IMG/VR virus record: IMGVR_UViG_3300043776_000546
Location: 1 to 58,955 of that record
Reading direction: 5' to 3' (one strand)
Origin: a virus
Lineage: Duplodnaviria; Caudoviricetes
DNA length: 58,955 nt
In this document: piece by piece, positions 17,701-25,116 of the stretch
Numbering within the stretch: position 1 is the first letter of the stretch
Layout of the letters: each line of letters begins with the position of its first letter
Made by a program: the position numbers and the translations under genes
Notes under the pieces: model-generated
The model's input: the letters and a program-made list of their open reading frames with translations, nothing else
Told to the model about the DNA's origin: nothing
The model's database searches: none

Positions 17701-19014
17701 ATGCGCTTGTCCAAGAGAACAGTCGTGAAGATCAAGACGGCGATCGCCGCGGGCGTATCGCAGCCGGTCATTGCCAAGCGGCACAAGGTCAGCCGATCCA
17801 TCGTGTCCGACATCGCCACCGGCCGCGTGCATAAGGACGTGCCGTGGCCCGATGGGGAAGCCCCCGGACCCAAGGCAGCCGGCGGCCAGCACAAGGCACT
17901 CCCCGACTATGACCCGACCGACAGGAAGATCATGGAGTTGGAGGCCGAGGTCATCCACCTGACCGAAGAGCGCAACCGCGAGCGGCAGAAGGTCAAGGCC
18001 AGCGCCAAAAGCGCCGGCCTGTTCAAGGCCATTGTCGGTGAAATGGAGCAGCGGGTAACGCCGTTCGCCGCCCTCCCGCCGGTTCTGGACTTCCGCCGCA
18101 AGGCGAAGATTACCGAGCATGTCGTCATGCACCTTTCGGACGGCCACCACGATCAAGTCGTGCGGCCGGAGGAAGTCGGCGGCCTGGAAGACTACAGCTT
18201 CCCGGTGAGTTGTGCCCGCGCCGAGCGGTACGTGGACACCGTGGTCGAATGGACCCAGGACACCCTGGTGCCGAAGTTCTATTTCCCGGTGCTCTGGGTA
18301 CTGGCCTACGGCGACTACACCAGCGGTGAAATCCACCGGGCGTGTGAGCGGTCCTACTACCGCAACCAGTTCAAGAACTGCCTGGCCATCGGCCAACTCC
18401 ACGCCCTGATGTACCGCGACCTGGCGGCCCACTTCGAGCAGGTCCATATCCTGTACCTGGCGGGCAATCACGGCCGGCGGACGCCGAAGAAGGACTACCT
18501 CGGCGCGCAGGACAATTGGGACTATCTGGTCGCCGAGGTGGCCCGCTTGCACTGCCGTGAAATGGGCAACGTCCATTTCACCATCCCCGATGCGTGGTCG
18601 GCGAACCTGAACATCAACGGCGTCGGGTTCAACGTCTCGCACGGCGACGACGTGCGATCGAACCTGGGCATCCCGTGGTACGGCATGGTCCGCCGCCAGA
18701 AGGGCCTGATCGCCCTGGGGGCCGCGGCCGGCGCACAACGCTGCCGGTACTTCTGCTGCGGCCATCACCATGCCGCCAGCATCCTCTCCGACGTGGACGG
18801 CGAATTGCTGGTCAACGGTTCGTGGGTCGGCACCGACGCCTTCGCCTACAACTCGCTGTCCGGCTACCGCGAGCCGTCGCAATGGATTCACGGCGTCAAT
18901 GCCAAGCACGGCATCACCTGGCGGATGAACGTCAAGCTGCGGCACGAGCGCGAGAAGCAAGGACCGCGGCGCTACCTGATCGACGGCGGCCGTGACGTGG
19001 GGCCGTTGCAATAG
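17701..19014 (+). CDS. HTH plus calcineurin-like metallophosphoesterase
   Basis: N-terminal HTH and coiled coil; SDGH, GD, GNHGR, HGD and GHHH motifs. Confidence 0.8.
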   Translation: MRLSKRTVVKIKTAIAAGVSQPVIAKRHKVSRSIVSDIATGRVHKDVPWPDGEAPGPKAAGGQHKALPDYDPTDRKIMELEAEVIHLTEERNRERQKVKASAKSAGLFKAIVGEMEQRVTPFAALPPVLDFRRKAKITEHVVMHLSDGHHDQVVRPEEVGGLEDYSFPVSCARAERYVDTVVEWTQDTLVPKFYFPVLWVLAYGDYTSGEIHRACERSYYRNQFKNCLAIGQLHALMYRDLAAHFEQVHILYLAGNHGRRTPKKDYLGAQDNWDYLVAEVARLHCREMGNVHFTIPDAWSANLNINGVGFNVSHGDDVRSNLGIPWYGMVRRQKGLIALGAAAGAQRCRYFCCGHHHAASILSDVDGELLVNGSWVGTDAFAYNSLSGYREPSQWIHGVNAKHGITWRMNVKLRHEREKQGPRRYLIDGGRDVGPLQ

Positions 19015-19051
19015 AACGAGTCGTTTCCGTTCCTCTAACCCCGAGTGTTCT

Positions 19052-19333
19052 ATGTTCAACAAGGTCTCCTTGTCCCTGTCTTTTCTGCTGGGAACTATCT
19101 GCCTGATCGTGGCCGCAGCGATGGTCCGCGGGTTCTGTCTGTCGGTCCTGTGGGGCTGGCTGATCGTTCCCGTCTTCGGGCTACCGAAGCTGACCATTGC
19201 CGCCGCCCTGGGCGTGGCCCTGGTCATCAATTACTTCCTCCGCACGACGAAGGAAGGCGGCAACATTCTGAACGTGTTCGCCGAAGGGGCCGTGGTCCTG
19301 GGCCTGGGCTTCCTGTTTCACCTTTTCATCTGA
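19052..19333 (+). CDS. Small membrane protein
   Basis: Three to four hydrophobic segments. Confidence 0.65.
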   Translation: MFNKVSLSLSFLLGTICLIVAAAMVRGFCLSVLWGWLIVPVFGLPKLTIAAALGVALVINYFLRTTKEGGNILNVFAEGAVVLGLGFLFHLFI

Positions 19334-19347
19334 GACCCTGAGCGAGC

Positions 19348-19566
19348 ATGAGAGCGATCTTCCTGAGCGGCCCATGCGATGCGCAAGAGCGGGTGGCCAA
19401 CGGCGACCAGCGCTTCCGCGACGTGCGGATGCAGACCGGTGAACTGGTTCGCTACGAGTTGGTCATGCGGTACGGCGACACGCTGATTTATGCCCACGGC
19501 CTGACGCTGTATCAGGTCATGGACCTGCTCGTCAACTATTACGTGATTGGAGATACCGGTGCGTGA
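19348..19566 (+). CDS. Hypothetical protein
   Basis: In-operon ORF with GC3 bias. Confidence 0.6.
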   Translation: MRAIFLSGPCDAQERVANGDQRFRDVRMQTGELVRYELVMRYGDTLIYAHGLTLYQVMDLLVNYYVIGDTGA

Positions 19567-20113
19567 CACCTATCGCACGATTGTTGCTGACCCGCCGTGG
19601 CAGCCGGTCATGGCGATCATCAATAGCCCTGCGTCGGGTGTCGGTGCGCCAAAGGCGAGTCCCCAACGGCATTACCCGACCATGAGTACGCAGGACATTG
19701 CCGCCCTGCAAGTACCGGCTGCCGAGAAGGCCCATTTGTGGCTGTGGGTGCTGAGTCAGCACATCGACTGGGGCTATCTCGTCGCAAGGGCTTGGGGCTT
19801 CGAGCCGCTGCAAACGATAACGTGGTGCAAGCCGGGACTTGGCGCAGGACGGTTCCAGTGCAACACGGAGCATGTTCTGGTGTGTCGAAAAGGAACTCGC
19901 CAGGGGAATCCGTTTGGGATGACAGGCGGGACATGGTTCGCATGGCCGAGAGGACGCCACAGCGAGAAGCCGGATGATTTCTTCCGGCTTGTTGAGTTAG
20001 TATCACCAGGCCCATATCTGGAATTGTTTGCTCGCACACGTCGCCCTGGGTGGGATGCCTTCGGCAACGAGGTGGCCGGCTCGATTCAGCTTGAGGAGAG
20101 TATCCATGCGTGA
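19559..20113 (+). CDS. MT-A70 family adenine methyltransferase
   Basis: ADPPW, HYPTM, LWLW, HSEKP, LELFAR and GWDAFGNE motifs. Confidence 0.9.
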   Translation: MRDTYRTIVADPPWQPVMAIINSPASGVGAPKASPQRHYPTMSTQDIAALQVPAAEKAHLWLWVLSQHIDWGYLVARAWGFEPLQTITWCKPGLGAGRFQCNTEHVLVCRKGTRQGNPFGMTGGTWFAWPRGRHSEKPDDFFRLVELVSPGPYLELFARTRRPGWDAFGNEVAGSIQLEESIHA

Positions 20114-20450
20114 TCTTTCCCAGTACGACTTTTACAAGTTCATCCGCGCGGCCGCGCACCGCGATCCGTGGAGCGAGCAGGTGGGCTTCCTGCTAGTGGA
20201 GCATGTGAGCGGCCAGCCACGGCGGATCGCCAAGCCCCTGGAGTTCGTGGAGTTGCCGGACGGCGCACCGCTCGATCCGACCTTTCGCCTTCAGGGAATG
20301 GAGGCCCAGGAGCTAATGGACATGCTCTGGGATTGCGGGCTGCGGCCCACCCAGAGTAGGAGCAGCATCGGGCAAGCCGAGGCCGTCCAACGGCACCTGG
20401 CAGACATGCGGACCATCGCCTTCAACCGCCTGGAGATCGAGAGACCATGA
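20106..20450 (+). CDS. Hypothetical phage protein
   Basis: GAGGAG RBS; coupled to neighbours. Confidence 0.7.
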   Translation: MRDLSQYDFYKFIRAAAHRDPWSEQVGFLLVEHVSGQPRRIAKPLEFVELPDGAPLDPTFRLQGMEAQELMDMLWDCGLRPTQSRSSIGQAEAVQRHLADMRTIAFNRLEIERP

Positions 20451-20704
20451 GTACGCTCCGCTACTACCTCAAGCAGATTTTGCCGTTGACCTACCGCACC
20501 CGCTACTGGGACGCCCAGCATCAGCTTCACTTTTGCGTCTGGCGGCAGTGGTTCGGCCGCTGCTTCAACGTGGACGACGTTGTGGTCGTCTACGACGCCG
20601 AAATGGAGCGCCGGTGCATCGCCGCAATCGAGCGCGGCGAATATCAGACGCTCGACGAGGTGCTCGGCGAGTTGCGAGCCAAGACCCGTGAGGTGACGCC
20701 ATGA
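20447..20704 (+). CDS. Hypothetical protein
   Basis: ATGA overlap with the upstream gene. Confidence 0.65.
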   Translation: MSTLRYYLKQILPLTYRTRYWDAQHQLHFCVWRQWFGRCFNVDDVVVVYDAEMERRCIAAIERGEYQTLDEVLGELRAKTREVTP

Positions 20705-21210
20705 AGTATCTCTTGACCATCATCCTGATTCTGACCGCCGGCCTCGTGCAGGCAGCGACCGTGAGCCTGCCCAAGGGCGCAGTGCTCGTCTTGGCGGATG
20801 GCATCCGTTATCTGGTTCCTGCGGGGGCCCGCTTGGAGATCACAGACAGCGAGCCTATGCCGGCACCGCCGACGCCGAGCTACCACGTCACCAACCCCTA
20901 CGTGGATGGTTCATCTTGGATCTTCTACCCGTCTCTGTGCAGCGACCCGTATTACGGCCACCGGTACGAGGACGGCTACTACTCCGGCTACTCTGGCTGG
21001 ACACCGAGATCGAACGGTCCGTCGTGCTACCCGCCGTGGCACGACTCGTATCCGAGGCCGCACGACGACCCACATCCAGGGTCAGGGCCCCATACAGGGC
21101 CAGGATTAGGACCCGGGCCAGGCCCACACTCGGGCGGCCGCGCGGGGTCGCCGTCTGCCGGCAGCCATGCGGCCGGCGGTGGCGGTGGACGTGGCGGCGG
21201 GCACCGTTGA
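20701..21210 (+). CDS. Secreted protein with Tyr/Pro/Gly-rich tail
   Basis: Signal peptide and low-complexity C-terminus. Confidence 0.65.
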   Translation: MKYLLTIILILTAGLVQAATVSLPKGAVLVLADGIRYLVPAGARLEITDSEPMPAPPTPSYHVTNPYVDGSSWIFYPSLCSDPYYGHRYEDGYYSGYSGWTPRSNGPSCYPPWHDSYPRPHDDPHPGSGPHTGPGLGPGPGPHSGGRAGSPSAGSHAAGGGGGRGGGHR

Positions 21211-21294
21211 ACCATTGTGGCGGTGGGTTCTTGGTTCGAGACCAGCCGTTACCGCTTCTGTTCCTGTTCCTTGCACCGCGTTCAGGAGTTCCCC

Positions 21295-21546
21295 ATGACC
21301 GACGCCGAGAAGCCCGTGAACGATCTGACCACTCAGCCCGTCGAGCAGCCCGAGGAATGGGACGACGAGGACGAGTTCGACGATGACGAGGACGAGTTCG
21401 ACGATGACTTCGACCCCTACTTCGACAACCTGGATGACGAAGACGAGGACCTGGACGACGAGGACTGGGACGACCCGTATGGCGACGAGGACGACGAAGA
21501 TGACGATGCCTACGAGGACCCGGGGCGGTTTCAAGAGAAGCCCTAG
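21295..21546 (+). CDS. Highly acidic small protein
   Basis: AGGAG RBS; 45 of 83 residues are D/E by hand count. Confidence 0.75.
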   Translation: MTDAEKPVNDLTTQPVEQPEEWDDEDEFDDDEDEFDDDFDPYFDNLDDEDEDLDDEDWDDPYGDEDDEDDDAYEDPGRFQEKP

Positions 21547-21611
21547 CTGATCCGCCATTGCGGAAACAGCACCCGCACCGTGGCCCAGACAGGTTGCGGT
21601 GCGAGCCGTTC

Positions 21612-21684
21612 TGCATCGTAGCTCAATTGGTAGAGCACCGCACTGTTAATGCGGCGGTTCCAGGTTCGAGTCCTGGCGATGCAG
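21612..21684 (+). tRNA. tRNA-Asn (GTT)
   Basis: Cloverleaf: TGCATCG/CGATGCA acceptor stem, GCTC/GAGC D stem, CCGCA-CTGTTAA-TGCGG anticodon arm, CCAGG-TTCGAGT-CCTGG T arm. CCA is not encoded. Confidence 0.95.
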
Positions 21685-21687
21685 CTT

Positions 21688-21849
21688 ATGAACATCCGCG
21701 TGGTTCTGCAACTCGACAACATGCCGGACGACGCCGCTCTGCACTCGGTCACTGACATCCTGCGGGCACAAGTCTGCGAATGGCTGGGCTTTGACACCCA
21801 TCCAGCCGACGTGCATGTCCTCACCGTGGAGAAGACGGATGAAACGTAA
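21688..21849 (+). CDS. Small hypothetical protein
   Basis: Starts 3 nt after the tRNA and overlaps the start of the next gene. Confidence 0.5.
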   Translation: MNIRVVLQLDNMPDDAALHSVTDILRAQVCEWLGFDTHPADVHVLTVEKTDET

Positions 21850-22513
21850 ACCGCGCCGCAGCATCTCGCAACGTTCGGAACTGGTCTACGACCTCCATGA
21901 GTTCGGGATCAATCCCGATACGCGCGAGATCGTACTGATGAGTCCTGCCGCGAATGAGGAGGACGGCATTGATTTCGCCTGCGCCAACACGTTCATCAAG
22001 AACCTTCTCTTTCTGAATTCGCTGAACCATCAGTCCATCCTCGTGCATCAATGCACCTGTGGCGGCGACTGGAATTACGGCATCGCCATCTACGATGCCA
22101 TCACGGCCAGTCAATCGCCCGTTACACTGCTCGCCTACGCCCACGCGCGAAGCATGTCGAGCATCATTCCGCAGGCCGCCAAGAAGCGGGTCATCATGCC
22201 CAACGCGGACTTCATGGTCCACTTTGGCACGGCCGCCTATGAAGGCGATGCCCGCAGCTTTCTGGCGGAGGCCAAGCAGAATGATCGCCTGGACGGCCAG
22301 ATGCTCGCCATCTACACGGCCAAGTGCTACCGCGGCTCGTTCTTCCGGCGCAACAAATACTCCAAGGACCGTGTGCGCGAGTACCTACGGCAGCGCATGA
22401 ACGAGGTCCGGGAGTGGTACATGCCTGCGGCGGAGGCCGTTGACAAAGGGTTCATGGACGGCGTATTCGGGACACCCGGCTTCCGCACGCTGGACGAAAT
22501 CAGACCACGCTAA
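21839..22513 (+). CDS. ClpP-like protease subunit
   Basis: GGDWNYGIAIYD, ARSMSS (catalytic Ser), MVH and EAVDKGFMD motifs. Confidence 0.85.
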   Translation: MKRKPRRSISQRSELVYDLHEFGINPDTREIVLMSPAANEEDGIDFACANTFIKNLLFLNSLNHQSILVHQCTCGGDWNYGIAIYDAITASQSPVTLLAYAHARSMSSIIPQAAKKRVIMPNADFMVHFGTAAYEGDARSFLAEAKQNDRLDGQMLAIYTAKCYRGSFFRRNKYSKDRVREYLRQRMNEVREWYMPAAEAVDKGFMDGVFGTPGFRTLDEIRPR

Positions 22514-22530
22514 CCCAGAGAGCCAGACTC

Positions 22531-23319
22531 ATGCCGCACTTTTGTGTCAGTGACCTGCACGCTTGTGACAAGGGCCCGCGGGATGCGTTCGCCTTCCAGG
22601 ACCGGGAGGTGCGGTTCGGCAAGTTCCTTGACATGGTGGAGAACGAACACGGCCGGCTGCTGATCCTTGGCGATCTGCTCGATTTCTGGCAGGTTCCGGT
22701 TGGGGCTGCGATCGTGGCGCACCGCCTGCTGTTGGATCGGCTCGATGCAATGGGGGCGACCTGGATTGTGGGGAACCATGACAACGCCCTGGCCCCGCTG
22801 ATCGGCACGCCGCTGATGATCGACCACCCGCTGTTCCAGCGGTCCTGCCATCCGTTCGAGGAAACCATCGGCGGCCGGAGGTTTGCCTTCCTCCACGGCC
22901 ATGAAGCCGATCCGTACTGCTGCGAGCCGAATCCCGGCATCGGTGAAATCACGGCCATCATCAGTGGGATGCTGGAAGATCGCAACAAGAGCCCGTTCAC
23001 GCACAAGGGTCATGCGGTCGCCGACGAGTTTGTCGGCACGCTGGAGAGCGCCCTGACGCTGTGGAGGACGCTGACGTTCCAGCACGGTCGGCAGGCTGAG
23101 ATGGTCGAGGGCGTGGAGAAGTACCGCCAGGAAAAGCGGTGCGACGTAGTGGTCTACGGCCATACGCACGCCCCAGGTCGAATCGGCGACTACCACTTCA
23201 ACACCGGGTCGTGGGCCCGTCAAAACGACACCTATGTCAAGATCGAAGACGACGGCACCACCAACGTCTTGGAGTGGCTTGGAACATGGCCGAAGCCGTG
23301 CAACACGAAGCTGGGCTAG
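22531..23319 (+). CDS. Calcineurin-like metallophosphoesterase
   Basis: SDLH, GDLLD, GNHD, HGH, GHTH and NTGSW motifs. Confidence 0.88.
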   Translation: MPHFCVSDLHACDKGPRDAFAFQDREVRFGKFLDMVENEHGRLLILGDLLDFWQVPVGAAIVAHRLLLDRLDAMGATWIVGNHDNALAPLIGTPLMIDHPLFQRSCHPFEETIGGRRFAFLHGHEADPYCCEPNPGIGEITAIISGMLEDRNKSPFTHKGHAVADEFVGTLESALTLWRTLTFQHGRQAEMVEGVEKYRQEKRCDVVVYGHTHAPGRIGDYHFNTGSWARQNDTYVKIEDDGTTNVLEWLGTWPKPCNTKLG

Positions 23320-24107
23320 ATCGCCTGCCGCAGTACGACGCCTACGCGGTGCCGATCGCCAGCATTTTCTACGACGAGAGTTTCAATTGCCGTGGTCCGT
23401 TCACGCTGCAATCCGTCGAGGACCTGGCGGCGAGCATCCGAGACAGCATCCTGCAATTCCCCGTAGTCGTCGAACCGTGGGACCGCGACAACTATGCCTA
23501 CCGTTTGCTGGCCGGGCACCGGCGCTTCGTCGCTGTGGCCCAAATCCTCAAATGGAAGACGATACCCGCAGGCGTCCGGCGCAACCTCACCGAGCGTCAG
23601 GCACGCATCCTGAACTTTACCGAGAACCTTGAACGCAAGGACCTGAACCCGTTGGAAGAGGCGCAGGCGCTAGGCCGCCTGTTTCCTGAAGGTGTGAGCC
23701 TGCGGACGGCCGCCGCCGAACTGAAGCGACCGACCCGCTGGGTCCATGACCGGCAACGGCTGCTGATGCTCCCCGCGGAGGTCCAGCAGCTTGCCGCCGC
23801 CGGACTGCTGGGCATGGTCCACGTCCAAGTCCTGCTGGCCCTGCCGCCGGACGAGCAGACCGTCGCCGCCCGCAAGATCGTGGACGCCAAGCGCGAGCAC
23901 GGCAAGACGGCCTCATTGAAGCACCTGGACCCGAAGTACCGCCGCAAGTTCGGCTATCGGAAGTCCAAGGCAGAGATCAACAACATGGTCGGCAAGATGC
24001 TGGGACGCGGCATCACGGGACTCGGGCCGCGGATGGGCGCATGGTGCGCGGGTTACATCAGCGATGCGGAACTGGAAGAAGACATTCAAGCGGCAACTCT
24101 GACGTGA
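23286..24107 (+). CDS. ParB/Spo0J-like protein
   Basis: LAGHRR, ENLERKDLNPLEEA and an HTH segment. Confidence 0.88.
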   Translation: MAEAVQHEAGLDRLPQYDAYAVPIASIFYDESFNCRGPFTLQSVEDLAASIRDSILQFPVVVEPWDRDNYAYRLLAGHRRFVAVAQILKWKTIPAGVRRNLTERQARILNFTENLERKDLNPLEEAQALGRLFPEGVSLRTAAAELKRPTRWVHDRQRLLMLPAEVQQLAAAGLLGMVHVQVLLALPPDEQTVAARKIVDAKREHGKTASLKHLDPKYRRKFGYRKSKAEINNMVGKMLGRGITGLGPRMGAWCAGYISDAELEEDIQAATLT

Positions 24108-24140
24108 GCACAACCGCTGATTGTAGGGGTGGAGCGTGAC

Positions 24141-24482
24141 ATGAAGACCTTGGCGGACAAGTTGCGACAAGAGCCCGGCATCGACGTGAAGCGGCTCAAG
24201 GTCGGTATGCGCCTGCTGGTGGAGACGGAGCAGGCTATTTATGAGATGCGCGTGCTACACCAGGGCTTGAGCCTGGTGGAAATCTCGTCAAGCGATCCCG
24301 TCCTGCGGCAACCTACCGTGGGGCAGTTCATCGGCAGTCAGCTTCCGCCCGCGTGCGCGGTCCCGAATTGGATCGGCAAGGGGCTGTCCATGCACCTCCG
24401 TTTTCGTAACGGGGACTACTTCTCGGCCCCTGTCCTCAGTGCAGAAGTGAAAGGCGACACCTGGCATTACGACCTGTTCTAG
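24141..24482 (+). CDS. Hypothetical protein
   Basis: GGAG RBS. Confidence 0.65.
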   Translation: MKTLADKLRQEPGIDVKRLKVGMRLLVETEQAIYEMRVLHQGLSLVEISSSDPVLRQPTVGQFIGSQLPPACAVPNWIGKGLSMHLRFRNGDYFSAPVLSAEVKGDTWHYDLF

Positions 24483-24620
24483 GCAGCCGGACTCCCGGCA
24501 TGTGCCCACCGGGCACTGAACCCATAACCGCACGGCGGGTGATTGGGGTGGCTACGCCTGAGCCGTAACAGTATCCGCAGGCCGGCGACCTGGGCGTCGT
24601 GCGACGGCCGGGAGCCCTGC
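24483..24620 (+). ncRNA. Candidate structured RNA
   Basis: Nested helices 24492-24499/24607-24614 and 24529-24537/24595-24603, internal hairpins and a possible pseudoknot. Strand is assumed. Confidence 0.4.
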
Positions 24621-24648
24621 TGCTCAATCCCTTTTCTGGAGACTCTGT

Positions 24649-25116
24649 ATGTACCCTGCGTTGCTCTTGGTGCTGGTCGTGAGTTTGGCAGCCTTGGCTT
24701 TGATCGGCCGTTACCGCCGCGCGATGCGGGCGGCCCAGAACGAACTGTACGAAAGCCGGCAACAGACGCAACTCGCTCTGCGATGCGCCGAGGGCTACAA
24801 GCGGTTGCTTGCCGACGCCCGAGCGTTCTACGCAATGGATTCAGCCTGCGCGACGATGGAGCACCAGCGGCAATTGGGGGAGCAGGCCGTGAAGCATGAC
24901 GAGCAGGTCACAGCGCTGCTCGGTGAAATCGGCATGGCGGTCCTGGAAAGGATGCACGCGGAAACGCTGGCCGAAACCTGGAAGTCCTACGCCCTTGCCT
25001 ACGAAGTGCTCTGCGAGGCCGCGGCCGAAAAGGATTCCGCTGGGGCATCCAACGCCGGTGCCGCCGTTGCCGAGGCGCGCCGTATCCTTTCGGCCCTGGG
25101 TCAGTACGACGCATGA
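24649..25116 (+). CDS. Membrane-anchored coiled-coil protein
   Basis: N-terminal transmembrane helix; GGAG RBS. Confidence 0.65.
   Translation: MYPALLLVLVVSLAALALIGRYRRAMRAAQNELYESRQQTQLALRCAEGYKRLLADARAFYAMDSACATMEHQRQLGEQAVKHDEQVTALLGEIGMAVLERMHAETLAETWKSYALAYEVLCEAAAEKDSAGASNAGAAVAEARRILSALGQYDA

Noticed and set aside
16660-19230. 856-aa minus-strand ORF and other long antisense ORFs (25101..26552, 32952..34037, 12984..14036)
   Set aside because: They are shadows of well-supported plus-strand genes in GC3-biased DNA and carry no motifs.
21361-21410. Short tandem DNA repeat GACGAGGACGAGTTCGACGAT
   Set aside because: Explained by the DEDEFDD peptide repeat in the acidic protein.
21547-21611. 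Hammerhead or theta ribozyme beside the tRNA (CTGAT..GAAAC)
   Set aside because: The CUGANGA core is incomplete; only two simple hairpins are supported.
24538-24596. ZTP riboswitch resemblance (GTGATTGG..GCC..CCTGGGC)
   Set aside because: The pseudoknot complementarity and P1/P2 layout of the ZTP class are not met.
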